From an uncultured Alphaproteobacteria bacterium (GTDB lineage Bacteria > Pseudomonadota > Alphaproteobacteria > CACZRW01), in contig CALXRE010000058.1 of NCBI GenBank assembly GCA_944390645.1, positions 10,737 through 74,736 on the forward strand: a stretch of DNA of 64,000 bases. The letters are read 5' to 3'. Positions 21,139-30,991 of this stretch are shown piece after piece. Below the pieces are notes generated by a model. It saw nothing but the letters and a program-made list of their open reading frames with translations. It made no database searches and was not told where the DNA came from. How positions within the stretch are numbered: position 1 is the first letter of the stretch; each line of letters begins with the position of its first letter. The position numbers were made by a program, and so were the translations under genes.

Positions 21139-21929
21139 GAAAAGAGAAAAAAACTCAATATAAGAACTATAATGCAGTTTTATGTATGGGGGCAGCAGAA
21201 AACGCTGTTCGTTCTCGTATGAAACGGTTGGGAGATGTCATTACAAATGAAGGCGTATCTATTGAAAATATTATGGTTTTAGGGGCGGAAAGAAAATTAT
21301 GGCCTTTGAAAAAAGATGGAGATAGTCGTTCTTTCCCAGAGCCTATTTTATATGATATTTTAGCAAGGCGTTTGACTCAACGGGATGGAAAAACTGTTTT
21401 GCCTGAAGAGGTAAAAGAATATATTTTAAACTTAGAAATTAAAGAAAATGCAGTGGAAAAAATTGCTGAAGAAGTGGCTGCTGATAAATATTTTTCTAGT
21501 ATAAAATGGCCAACTGAAACAGATTTAATCTGTGAAGTTATTAAACAAAATCCAGTATTTGATGCGCAAAAAATTATTGTTGTAAATACACCAGATTTTC
21601 CTGATGGGAAAAGGGCTGATTCTGCTCGTACTATAAAATATGCTTATAAGGAAAATTCGGATATTTTTGTTGCTGGAGCAAAAATTTTGCAAATTTCTTC
21701 ACAGCCATTTACGAGAAACCAAAAAAGAGTTGCTGAATTAAACCTTCCCTCAAACGTTGAAATTGATGTCATAGGAGAAGGAATAGATGAAGGAAAATCT
21801 TTTGAAGCAAGAAAAAAAGATGTGATGATCGGAATGGATTCTATGGCACGAACAATTTATGCATCTTATGGTAAAATAAAAGAGAACATATTGTCTAAAA
21901 ACATGATAGGTAATGAATATAGAAGATAA
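21129..21929 (+). CDS. hypothetical protein (266 aa), alternating beta-strand/helix hydrophobic pattern, family not recognised
   Basis: Alternating hydrophobic strand / helix pattern (AVLCMGAAEN, NIMVLGAERK, KIIVVNTPDFPDG, DIFVAGAKIL) suggests a Rossmann-like fold. Translationally coupled to neighbours on both sides. Confidence 0.5.
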   Translation: MQMRKEKKTQYKNYNAVLCMGAAENAVRSRMKRLGDVITNEGVSIENIMVLGAERKLWPLKKDGDSRSFPEPILYDILARRLTQRDGKTVLPEEVKEYILNLEIKENAVEKIAEEVAADKYFSSIKWPTETDLICEVIKQNPVFDAQKIIVVNTPDFPDGKRADSARTIKYAYKENSDIFVAGAKILQISSQPFTRNQKRVAELNLPSNVEIDVIGEGIDEGKSFEARKKDVMIGMDSMARTIYASYGKIKENILSKNMIGNEYRR

Positions 21930-22881
21930 ATATGAAATTTTGGATGTTATAGAGTCTGGATATAATTCTATAGTCTTTAAAGTACAAATCCCAGAATTTG
22001 GTTTGTGTGCAGTAAAACGTTTAAGAAGTAAACATGAGTTCAGACGATCTACAGATAACGCTTTTGCCGAATTCTCTAAAGAAATAGAAATATATAAGCG
22101 TCTAAAAGGACTAAAAGGTTTCCCTCAAATATATGATTTTTACCTTGATGAAAAAGCTCTTGAAAAGAATTATTTAATAATGAGTTGGGTCGATGGTAAA
22201 ATGGTCTCTGATTTGTGGGCTCAACACTATGATTTATCTCTTATTACACCTGAAAAAATAACAAAAATATATCATCTATTATTAGAAATGGATAAAAAAG
22301 GAATTATCCATAATGATTTATGGGCAACAAATATATTGTTCGCAGAAGAGGATGTTAGTATTATAGACTTTAATTTAGGACAAATTGTTAATCCTTTGAT
22401 ATTGTATGAATATAAGCATAAAGATTATTTTAGTAATCTAAAAGTCTTTAATAGATTATTTTTGGATAATTTCCTTGCAGATGTGTATGAAAAAAAAGGA
22501 AGCCAAGTTTTTAATGCTTTCTATATGCATATTGCTAATTGTGAGTATGATTTTTATAAGCAAAAAGCTGTTTTTATGTTGGCTAATAATGAACCTCAGA
22601 AAGCCGATTATTTACTTAAATCCGCAATGGAGATAAAAAGAAAAATTAATCAACCCAAAAGCTTGGAAAAAGAAGGTTTAAAAAGAATATTGGCTTTCTC
22701 TGTAAAACAAGCATTCAAAAATAAAAAACGAGAAAATGTTTTTAAAGTGAATTATCAGAGAGTCTTGAAAATTATCTCTGAAAATCCAGATTTGCTTACT
22801 CCTAAAATACAGGCTTACCTTTATCCTATGCAAAGAAAAATAAGATTTCTTGCTTCGCTATCTAATACAAGAGCATTATAA
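21913..22881 (+). CDS. protein-kinase-like-fold phosphotransferase (APH/choline-kinase/Kdo-kinase-like Brenner motif)
   Basis: Gly-rich loop region ESGYNSIVFKV, beta3 Lys CAVKRL, catalytic loop IIHNDLWATNILF (Brenner motif h-H-N-D-L-x3-N-I-L), DFG-equivalent IIDFNLG. An approx 130-aa C-terminal extension of unknown nature. Confidence 0.6.
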   Translation: MNIEDKYEILDVIESGYNSIVFKVQIPEFGLCAVKRLRSKHEFRRSTDNAFAEFSKEIEIYKRLKGLKGFPQIYDFYLDEKALEKNYLIMSWVDGKMVSDLWAQHYDLSLITPEKITKIYHLLLEMDKKGIIHNDLWATNILFAEEDVSIIDFNLGQIVNPLILYEYKHKDYFSNLKVFNRLFLDNFLADVYEKKGSQVFNAFYMHIANCEYDFYKQKAVFMLANNEPQKADYLLKSAMEIKRKINQPKSLEKEGLKRILAFSVKQAFKNKKRENVFKVNYQRVLKIISENPDLLTPKIQAYLYPMQRKIRFLASLSNTRAL

Positions 22882-22971
22882 CAATATAATTTTTATAAAA
22901 TAATTTTATTGCACCGAATTAAATAGCGTAATAACCTTCTAAGCAGGTTTAATCCGAGATGGAGATATATT

Positions 22972-23778
22972 ATGGCTGATGAAAAGCTACAAAAAGAAGA
23001 AATTAATGAAACAGAAAAGGTTAAGGAAAATCAAACAAAAGATCCTTCTTGTACAACCGTAGAGCCAAAAGGACAAAAAGCTAAAATATCTTGGCAACGC
23101 TTCCTTTTTCCAAATATTCATATGGATGGCTGGAAGTTCGTCGGTTTGGCAGCTTTGTTCGCTATAGTCTTAGGGGTTATCTCCACGCCACTTGGAGTTT
23201 TGGGTTGGTTGTTGACTGCTTTTGTCTTTTTCTTCTTTAGAGATCCAGATAGAGTTACTCCTGTCGGAGATAATTTCGTTGTCAGTCCTGCAGATGGCTT
23301 GGTTAATGCTATTGTAATGGCGCCTCCTCCTCCAGAACTTGAAATGGGAGACGAGCCTGTTGTAAGAGTAAGTATATTCTTAAGCTTATTTAATGTTCAT
23401 ATAAATCGTGTGCCAGCTACAGGTACAATAACTCGTTTAATTTATATCCCTGGGAAATTCTTTAATGCATCACTTGATAAAGCCAGTAAATATAATGAAC
23501 GTCAAATCGTGGCTATGAAAACTGCTCAAGAAAACCAAAATTTGGTTTTTGTACAAATAGCTGGCTTAGTTGCGCGTAGGATTCTATGTGATTTGAATGA
23601 AGGTGATAAAGTTATTGCAGGTCAAAAATTTGGTCTTATCCGTTTTGGAAGTAGAATGGATGTATATTTGCCTAAAGGTGTCGAACCTCAGGTGGTTTGT
23701 GGGCAAGAAGTTGTCGCTGGAGAGACTGTTATCGCTGATATAGCAATTAAACATGGTCGAAAAGGAGAAATTCGATAA
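22972..23778 (+). CDS. psd: phosphatidylserine decarboxylase proenzyme
   Basis: 268 aa; the self-cleavage/pyruvoyl site sits in LIRFGSRMDVYLP (GS(R/T) motif). Confidence 0.85.
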   Translation: MADEKLQKEEINETEKVKENQTKDPSCTTVEPKGQKAKISWQRFLFPNIHMDGWKFVGLAALFAIVLGVISTPLGVLGWLLTAFVFFFFRDPDRVTPVGDNFVVSPADGLVNAIVMAPPPPELEMGDEPVVRVSIFLSLFNVHINRVPATGTITRLIYIPGKFFNASLDKASKYNERQIVAMKTAQENQNLVFVQIAGLVARRILCDLNEGDKVIAGQKFGLIRFGSRMDVYLPKGVEPQVVCGQEVVAGETVIADIAIKHGRKGEIR

Positions 23779-23779
23779 A

Positions 23780-24559
23780 ATGCAGGATAATAATAGGGGC
23801 GATTATAAAAATCGCATCAAAGAGCTGCCCTTTAATATGATTATCCCGAATGTAGTTACCTTGTTGGCTTTGTCTTGCGGTGTTACAGCTATGCGTTGGG
23901 CGGTACAAGGAAAATGGGAACTCGCTGTAGTCGCTATAATCTTAGCGGCTATATTCGATGGCTTAGATGGTAGAGTGGCTAGGTTATTACAAGGTACTTC
24001 TAAATTCGGTGCAGAGCTGGATTCTTTATCTGATTTCGTCAGTTTTGGGGTCGCTCCTGCCTTCATAGTCTATCATTGGGCTATGCTGGCTTATCCTAAA
24101 ATAGGGTGGATCCTCGCTCTTATGTTTGCTATTTGTTGCGCTTTACGCTTGGCTCGCTTTAATACAATGTTAGATGAAGAACCTCGACCGCCTTATTGGA
24201 ATTATTTCTTCGTAGGCTTACCTGCTCCTGGGGGCGCAATGGTTGCTATTGCTCCTTTAATGCTATATCTATATGAACCGTTGGCTGTTTTTGTTTCTCC
24301 TTGGTTCGTTGGTTTCTTTATGTTCTTAGCCGCTATTTTAATGGCTAGCCGAATCCCAACTATTTGTATTAAAAAATTAAAAATACCTGCTAAATGTATG
24401 CCCTTATTATTAGTTTCTGCGGCTTTATATGTAGGATGCTTGTTTACTCAATTCTGGTTGACAATGAGTGTTTCAACAATTTTGTACCTAATGATGACTC
24501 CTTTTGGAGGTATTGTTTTTGCAAAAATGAAAAAATCTTATGAACGCTTGGAGGCTTAA
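23780..24559 (+). CDS. pssA: CDP-diacylglycerol--serine O-phosphatidyltransferase
   Basis: CDP-alcohol phosphatidyltransferase motif DGLDGRVARL...GAELDSLSD; multi-TM. ATG 23780 with AAGGAGA RBS is preferred over the ORF-track start 23753, which overlaps psd. Confidence 0.85.
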   Translation: MQDNNRGDYKNRIKELPFNMIIPNVVTLLALSCGVTAMRWAVQGKWELAVVAIILAAIFDGLDGRVARLLQGTSKFGAELDSLSDFVSFGVAPAFIVYHWAMLAYPKIGWILALMFAICCALRLARFNTMLDEEPRPPYWNYFFVGLPAPGGAMVAIAPLMLYLYEPLAVFVSPWFVGFFMFLAAILMASRIPTICIKKLKIPAKCMPLLLVSAALYVGCLFTQFWLTMSVSTILYLMMTPFGGIVFAKMKKSYERLEA

Positions 24560-25668
24560 TGATCGAAGATCTTAGACGAACCCCCTTGTATGATTTCCAT
24601 ATTGAAAACGGAGCTAAAATAGTCCCTTTCGCAGGATTTGAAATGCCTTTACAATATGCTGGAGCTGGTATAATCGCTGAACATAAACATACGCGGGAAA
24701 AAGCTTCTTTATTTGATGTCGCTCATATGGGAATTATTAAATTAGAAGGAGAAGAGGTAGCTAAAGGTTTGGAAACTATTACTCCTGGTGATTTCTTGTC
24801 TCTAGCGGTTGGTAAGCAAAAGTATTCTTTCTTTACTAATGAAAATGGCGGCATAATTGATGATATCATGGTCGCTAATTATCCAAACTTCTTTATCGTG
24901 GTGGTAAATGCTGCTTCTCGAAATAATGACCTATTATTAATGCAACAAAAATTAGCTAATTATGCAAAAGTTACTGAACTTGATGATTATGCTTTGTTGG
25001 CTTTACAAGGACCAATGGCTAGAAAAGCTCTAGCAAAAATAATCCCAGATGTATCTGATATGACTTTCATGCAAGTTAGAGAAAGTCAATTTATGAATAA
25101 TCCTGCTTTAATTTCTTGTTCTGGATATACAGGCGAAGATGGTTTTGAAATAGCTGTCCCAAATTATCTGGTAGAAACCTTAGCTCGAAAATTACTAGAA
25201 AATCCTGATGTAAAAATGGCGGGATTAGGAGCTAGAGATACTTTACGTCTTGAAGCAGGTCTTCCTTTACATGGTAATGATATTGATGCTTTTACAACTC
25301 CAGTCGAAGCCCAGCTCACTTGGGCTATTGGTAAAAGAAGACAAATAGAAGGAAATTTCCCAGGAAAAGAAATAATATTAGCTCAAATAGCTAATGGTAC
25401 AGATCTTTTGATGGTCGGAATAAAAGTTGATTCTAAAATTCCTGTTCGTTCTCATGCTGTAATTAAAGATGAAACAGGAGATGAAGAAATTGGTATGATT
25501 ACTTCTGGAACTTTTGGTGCAACAATTAATGCTCCTGTTGCTTTGGGGTATATAGACCCTGCCTTTGCTACAGATGGAATTAATGTTAAAGTGGTTGTTC
25601 ATGGTAATCTTTTGGATGCTAAGGTAGTAAATCTTCCTTTTGTACCTCATAATTATGTAAGAAAATAG
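24559..25668 (+). CDS. gcvT: glycine cleavage system T protein (aminomethyltransferase)
   Basis: RTPLYDFHIENGAKIVPFAGFEMPLQY N-terminus and GYTGEDGFEI motif; gcvTHP synteny. Confidence 0.9.
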   Translation: MIEDLRRTPLYDFHIENGAKIVPFAGFEMPLQYAGAGIIAEHKHTREKASLFDVAHMGIIKLEGEEVAKGLETITPGDFLSLAVGKQKYSFFTNENGGIIDDIMVANYPNFFIVVVNAASRNNDLLLMQQKLANYAKVTELDDYALLALQGPMARKALAKIIPDVSDMTFMQVRESQFMNNPALISCSGYTGEDGFEIAVPNYLVETLARKLLENPDVKMAGLGARDTLRLEAGLPLHGNDIDAFTTPVEAQLTWAIGKRRQIEGNFPGKEIILAQIANGTDLLMVGIKVDSKIPVRSHAVIKDETGDEEIGMITSGTFGATINAPVALGYIDPAFATDGINVKVVVHGNLLDAKVVNLPFVPHNYVRK

Positions 25669-25677
25669 GAGAAAAAA

Positions 25678-26055
25678 ATGTCCCAAATAAAATTTACTAA
25701 AGAACATGAATGGGTGATTTTAGAGCAAAATACAGCAGTTATTGGAATCACTAATCATGCTCAAGAACAGTTGGGAGATGTAGTCTTTGTCGAATTGCCC
25801 CAAGTAGGAGAGACAATCGTAAAAGATAAACAAATGGCGGTTGTCGAATCTGTAAAAGCCGCAAGTGAAGTCTATGCTCCGTTATCGGGAAAAATTATCG
25901 AGGTTAATTCATCTTTAGCTACTTCTCCAGAATTAGTAAATAATTCCCCAGAAAAAGATGGTTGGTTCATTAAAATAACTCCAGAAAATATCCAAGAGTT
26001 TGATACGTTAATGACAAAAGAAGAATACGATAATTTTATTAAGGAAATCTTTTAA
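25678..26055 (+). CDS. gcvH: glycine cleavage system H protein
   Basis: Lipoyl-Lys motif AVVESVKAASEVYAPLSG; 125 aa. Confidence 0.92.
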   Translation: MSQIKFTKEHEWVILEQNTAVIGITNHAQEQLGDVVFVELPQVGETIVKDKQMAVVESVKAASEVYAPLSGKIIEVNSSLATSPELVNNSPEKDGWFIKITPENIQEFDTLMTKEEYDNFIKEIF

Positions 26056-27371
26056 TGCGTTATTTGCCTTTGACTAATGCTGATAGAGAAGAAATGCTTA
26101 AAGATATAGGTGTTTCTTCTATCTCAGAACTTTTTAAGGATATTCCTAAAGTTACAACTAAACCTATAGAAATTCCTGAACCAAAAAATGAAGTAGAAGT
26201 GGAAAGAAAGTTGACGGCTTTGGCTGCTAAAAATATGACTACAACTAAAATCCCTTCATTCCTTGGGGCTGGTGCTTATCATCATCATATCCCTGCTCTT
26301 ATTGATTATATGATCGAAAGAGGAGAATTCTTAACTTCTTATACTCCATATCAGCCAGAAGTTAGTCAAGGAACTCTACAAATATTGTTTGAATTCCAAA
26401 CTCAAGTAGCTAGATTGTTTGGTCTCGAAATTGCTAACGCTTCACTCTATGATGCTTCAACTGCAACTTTTGAAGCTGCGGCAATGGCTGAAAGAGTTAA
26501 AAAAAAAAAAAAAATATTGTTGTCGGGTGGACTGCATCCTCAAATAGTGGAAACGGTAAAATCTTGTATGCAGTTTAATGGAACTGTATGCTCTGTATTA
26601 TCTCCTGATGCTGAAAATTTTGAAAATATTGAACCAACAGGTGAAGAAGCTTGTGTCATCGTGCAATACCCAACTTTTTTTGGTCATATAAATGATTACT
26701 CTATTTTAGCTGAAAAATGTCATGCTAAAAATGTCTTGTTCGTAGTCGTTGTTATGGAACCTTTGGCTCTTGGAGTGTTAAAATCTCCTGGAGAAATGGG
26801 TGCTGATATCGCAGTCGGAGAAGGAATGGGTTTAGCTTCTCATCTCAATTTCGGAGGTCCAGGTTTAGGTTTGTTCGCTACCAAAAAAAATCTTATGCGA
26901 AATATGCCTGGTCGGATAGTCGGAAAAACTAAAGATTTAGATGGGAAAACTGGCTTCGTATTGACTATGGCAACTCGAGAGCAACACATAAGAAGAGAAA
27001 AAGCAACCTCAAATATTTGTACTAACTCTGGCCTGCTTGCTTTGGCTTTTTCTATGCATATGGCAATGCTTGGTGAAAAAGGTTTTACTAAATTAGCTGA
27101 ATCTAATCATGCGAGAGCTTCTCGCTTGGCAGAAGAATTATCTAAAATTCCTGGAATTACATTACTTAATAAAACCTTCTTTAATGAGTTTACTTTGAAA
27201 CTAGATAGATCTGTTTCTGCTTTGGTCGAAAAAATGGCTGGTCATAAACTCTTGGGAGGAGTCCCTGTTTCTCGTTTTTATCCAGATAAAGATGACTTAT
27301 TGTTAGTCGCGAGAACAGAAATGAATAATACTGAAGAATCTTTATTCTTGCGGGAGGAATTGAAAAAATGA
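26055..27371 (+). CDS. gcvPA: glycine dehydrogenase (decarboxylating) subunit 1
   Basis: YLPLTNADREEML N-terminus and FLGAGAYHHHIP, typical of split-type GcvPA. Contains an in-frame 16-A homopolymer. Confidence 0.88.
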   Translation: MRYLPLTNADREEMLKDIGVSSISELFKDIPKVTTKPIEIPEPKNEVEVERKLTALAAKNMTTTKIPSFLGAGAYHHHIPALIDYMIERGEFLTSYTPYQPEVSQGTLQILFEFQTQVARLFGLEIANASLYDASTATFEAAAMAERVKKKKKILLSGGLHPQIVETVKSCMQFNGTVCSVLSPDAENFENIEPTGEEACVIVQYPTFFGHINDYSILAEKCHAKNVLFVVVVMEPLALGVLKSPGEMGADIAVGEGMGLASHLNFGGPGLGLFATKKNLMRNMPGRIVGKTKDLDGKTGFVLTMATREQHIRREKATSNICTNSGLLALAFSMHMAMLGEKGFTKLAESNHARASRLAEELSKIPGITLLNKTFFNEFTLKLDRSVSALVEKMAGHKLLGGVPVSRFYPDKDDLLLVARTEMNNTEESLFLREELKK

Positions 27372-28831
27372 TAGCAGAAGAACCTTTGTTGTTTGAAATA
27401 GGGTCGGAAGATAAAACTGCTGTTGATTTTCCTCCTCAACCAGATGCTAAAGATTGTTTGGGAACTTGCCGAAAAAATACAAAAATAGGTCTCCCTGGTT
27501 TGTCTGAGCCAGAAACTATGAGACATTATACTCGTTTGTCTCAAATGAACATATTTGAGGACTCTGCTTTCTATCCTCTAGGTTCTTGCACTATGAAATA
27601 TAATCCGAGAGTTAATGAAAAACTAGCTGCCTTACCAGGATTCTCTGAAATACATCCTTTCCAACCTCAAAATACGGTTCAAGGAGCTTTAGAAGCTATA
27701 TATACTTTAAGTAATTTACTAACCGAAATTACAGGAATGAAAGCTGTTTCCTTTTCTCCTGCCGCTGGAGCTCATGGAGAATTATGCGGAATGATGACTA
27801 TTCGTGCGGCTCTTACGCATAAAGGAAATCCAAAGGAAGTTGTATTAATACCTGAATCCGCTCATGGAACAAATCCTGCAACAGCGGCTATGTGTGGATA
27901 TCGTATTGAAACAATTCCTGTAAATAATCATGGTTTAGTAGATATTCAAGCTTTGCAAAAACGCCTCTCGGAGGGAGAAAAAAATGTTGCAGCTTTTATG
28001 CTTACTAATCCTAATACTTGTGGGTTGTTTGAGCGTAATATTATAACAATCGCAAATATGCTTCATGAGGCAGGAGCTTTCTTTTATATGGATGGAGCTA
28101 ATTTTAATGCAATTATGGGTCTTGTTAAACCCGCAGATTTCGGTGTAGATGCTATGCATATAAATCTACATAAAACTTTCTCTACCCCTCATGGAGGAGG
28201 TGGTCCTGGTGCTGGACCTGTTGTCTTTAATGCAGAACTTGCTCCTTTTAGACCGTTGCCTTGGATAGAAAAAGATGGAGACTCCTATCGCTTGTTAGAA
28301 ACTAATGAAGAATCTATGCATTCTTTCGGAAGAATGAAAGCTTTTAATGGTCAGTTCTCTATCTTAATTAGAGCTTTAGCTTATATATTATCAATGGGAT
28401 TACCTGGTTTGCGACAAGCTGCAGAAGATGCTGTTTTAAATGCAAATTATTTAAGAGTTAAATTGCAAGATATTTTACATCTTCCTTTCCCTGGAACGTG
28501 TATGCATGAGGTCTTGTTTGATGATTCTTCTTTAACTGAAACAGGAATCAATACTCTAGATATTGCAAAAAGTCTGATAGATAAAGGAGATCATCCAATG
28601 ACTATCTATTTCCCTTTGATCGTTCATGGTGCAATTCTTATTGAACCAACAGAAACAGAAAGCAAAAGGGTCTTAGATGAATTCGTAGCGGCAATAAAAG
28701 ATATTGTTGCTAAAGCTAAATCTGAAAATAATCAAGACTTAAAACAGACTCCTTTAAAAGCTTTTCGTAAACGTTTAGATGAGACTACTGCTGCTCGTCA
28801 GCCTATATTGGTGCATACAGACGACTTGTAG
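27368..28831 (+). CDS. gcvPB: glycine dehydrogenase (decarboxylating) subunit 2
   Basis: PLP-Lys region HINLHKTFSTPHGGGGPGAGP characteristic of GcvPB; 4-nt overlap with gcvPA. Confidence 0.9.
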   Translation: MIAEEPLLFEIGSEDKTAVDFPPQPDAKDCLGTCRKNTKIGLPGLSEPETMRHYTRLSQMNIFEDSAFYPLGSCTMKYNPRVNEKLAALPGFSEIHPFQPQNTVQGALEAIYTLSNLLTEITGMKAVSFSPAAGAHGELCGMMTIRAALTHKGNPKEVVLIPESAHGTNPATAAMCGYRIETIPVNNHGLVDIQALQKRLSEGEKNVAAFMLTNPNTCGLFERNIITIANMLHEAGAFFYMDGANFNAIMGLVKPADFGVDAMHINLHKTFSTPHGGGGPGAGPVVFNAELAPFRPLPWIEKDGDSYRLLETNEESMHSFGRMKAFNGQFSILIRALAYILSMGLPGLRQAAEDAVLNANYLRVKLQDILHLPFPGTCMHEVLFDDSSLTETGINTLDIAKSLIDKGDHPMTIYFPLIVHGAILIEPTETESKRVLDEFVAAIKDIVAKAKSENNQDLKQTPLKAFRKRLDETTAARQPILVHTDDL

Positions 28832-28856
28832 TAATGATAGCGAAAGGTTCATAAAT

Positions 28857-29672
28857 ATGAAAATCATAGCATTTGGAGATGTGGTTGGTAGAAAAGCTCG
28901 TAAAATGCTATTTGAAAAAATACCAAAGTTGCGAACAAAACTTGATTTGGATTTGGTTATAGTTAATGCTGAAAATGCAGCTCATGGCTTTGGAATAACC
29001 GAGGGAATGTGTTTAGATTTCTTTAAAGCTGGAGTCGATGTATTAACTATGGGGAACCATACTTGGGATAAAAGAGAAATTATTCCTTTTATCTCTATTG
29101 AGCCTAGACTTATACGACCAGCAAATTATCCTGAGCATACTCCTGGTAATGGATTTTGTGAGGTTAAATTACCTGATGGTAGGATTGCTTTAGTAATACA
29201 ATTAATGGGAACGTTGTTTATTGATCCTTTAGATAATCCTTTCTCTTATATGCAAAAATGGTTAGAAACTCATATAATTGCTCAAAAGTATCAAGCAATA
29301 GTTCTCGATTTTCATGCTGAGGCCACAAGTGAAAAAATGGCTATGGGGCATTTTTGTGATGGTAGAGTATCTTTAGTGTTTGGAACTCATACCCATGTTC
29401 CAACTGCAGATGCTATGATCTTAGATAAAGGAACAGCTTATATTACTGATCTTGGAATGTGTGGAGACTATAACTCGGTTTTAGGTATGAAAGCTTCCGA
29501 AGCAGTATTACGATTTACTGATAAAATCCGTAGTGAACATTTGTCTCCTTCAGAAGGAGACCCTTCTTTATCTGGTGTGTATGTGGAAACAGATGATTAT
29601 ACTGGAATGGCAAAGAAAATAGAGCCTATTAGAATAGGGGGACGTATTGCTTCTACTCCTCCAATGTGCTAG
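28857..29672 (+). CDS. YmdB-like metallophosphoesterase (TIGR00282 family 2',3'-cyclic nucleotide phosphodiesterase)
   Basis: MKIIAFGDVVGRKAR...VNAENAAHGFG...GNHTWD...DFHAEATSEK...GTHTHV metallophosphatase motifs. ATG 28857 with RBS is preferred over ORF-track start 28779. Confidence 0.75.
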   Translation: MKIIAFGDVVGRKARKMLFEKIPKLRTKLDLDLVIVNAENAAHGFGITEGMCLDFFKAGVDVLTMGNHTWDKREIIPFISIEPRLIRPANYPEHTPGNGFCEVKLPDGRIALVIQLMGTLFIDPLDNPFSYMQKWLETHIIAQKYQAIVLDFHAEATSEKMAMGHFCDGRVSLVFGTHTHVPTADAMILDKGTAYITDLGMCGDYNSVLGMKASEAVLRFTDKIRSEHLSPSEGDPSLSGVYVETDDYTGMAKKIEPIRIGGRIASTPPMC

Positions 29673-29716
29673 AAGTATTCACGATTTTTATAAAACAAAC
29701 TAAAAGGTAGGTATAA

Positions 29717-30469
29717 ATGGCTGGCCATTCTCAATTTAAAAATATTATGCATCGTAAAGGTGCTCAAGATAAAGAACGTGCAAAAACATTCGCAAAATTA
29801 GCAAAAGAAATTACAGTCGCAGCTAAAAGCGGTCTTCCTGATCCTAGTATGAATCCTAGGCTTAGAACTGCTATTGCTGCAGCACGAGCTCAAAATATGC
29901 CTAAAGATAATATCGAAAGAGCAATTAAAAAGGGCTCACCTGGAATGGATGATACTGTATATGAAGAAGTCAGATATGAAGGTTATGGACCAGGTGGAGT
30001 GGCCGTAATAGTTGAAGCCTTAACTGATAATCGTAATCGTACTGCTCCTGTCGTGCGTTCTATTTTTAGCAAAAGTGGTGGTGCTCTAGGAGAGACAAAT
30101 TCTGTATCGTTTAATTTTGAAAGAATAGGATTAATTCAATATCCTTTTGATATTGCTTCTCCAGATGATATGTTCGAAGCTGCTTTGGAAGCTGGAGCAA
30201 ATGATGTCGTATCAGATGAAGAGGAAGGGCATAGTATAATTTGTTCTCCTGATGATTTGGCTGCGGTTCGAGATGCTTTAGAGGCTAAATTTAAAGAACC
30301 TATTGCTGCTCGCTTTGATTGGAAAGCTTTAAATACTATTCCTCTCGATGAAGAAAATGCTCGTAAATTGATGAATATGTTAGAAGCTTTTAATGATGAT
30401 GATGATGTTCAGAGAATATTTGAAAACTCTGATATATCTGATGAAATTATGGATAAGCTCAATAAGTAA
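29717..30469 (+). CDS. yebC: YebC/PmpR family DNA-binding transcriptional regulator
   Basis: [19 protein letters not shown]-terminus is diagnostic; 250 aa; classic position upstream of ruvC. Confidence 0.9.
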   Translation: MAGHSQFKNIMHRKGAQDKERAKTFAKLAKEITVAAKSGLPDPSMNPRLRTAIAAARAQNMPKDNIERAIKKGSPGMDDTVYEEVRYEGYGPGGVAVIVEALTDNRNRTAPVVRSIFSKSGGALGETNSVSFNFERIGLIQYPFDIASPDDMFEAALEAGANDVVSDEEEGHSIICSPDDLAAVRDALEAKFKEPIAARFDWKALNTIPLDEENARKLMNMLEAFNDDDDVQRIFENSDISDEIMDKLNK

Positions 30470-30481
30470 AACGGAAAAAGT

Positions 30482-30991
30482 GTGAAAGTAAAATCTTGTC
30501 GAATATTGGGAATCGATCCTGGTTTACAAAATACCGGTTGGGGGGTGATTGATTGTTCGGCTAATGATTTTATTTTCGTCGCCGCAGGTACCATACATTC
30601 TGAACCAAAGAAAAAACTTCCTGAACGATTGGCAGAACTATATCAAGGAATAGATAAAGTTATTAACGATTTCTCTCCAGTTGAAGCGGCTATTGAGGAA
30701 ACGTTTGTTAATAAAAACCCTAATTCTACTTTGAAATTGGGACAGGCAAGAGGGGCGGTGATATTAGTCCCTGCTTTAAAAAAAATACCTGTTTTTGAAT
30801 ATGCTCCTAACCAAATAAAAAAAATGGTGGTAGGATCTGGGCATGCGGAAAAAAGACAGGTAGATATGATGGTACATACTATGATAAAAGGTTTAAAAAG
30901 TTATAAAATAGGTCCTGATGCCGCTGATGCTTTAGCTATTGCTATCTGTCACGGATATATGCGATCTTCTTTGATAAGGATGCTTCCATGA
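30482..30991 (+). CDS. ruvC: crossover junction endodeoxyribonuclease RuvC
   Basis: ILGIDPGLQNTGWGVI catalytic Asp N-terminus; GTG start; yebC-ruvCAB synteny. Confidence 0.88.
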   Translation: MKVKSCRILGIDPGLQNTGWGVIDCSANDFIFVAAGTIHSEPKKKLPERLAELYQGIDKVINDFSPVEAAIEETFVNKNPNSTLKLGQARGAVILVPALKKIPVFEYAPNQIKKMVVGSGHAEKRQVDMMVHTMIKGLKSYKIGPDAADALAIAICHGYMRSSLIRMLP

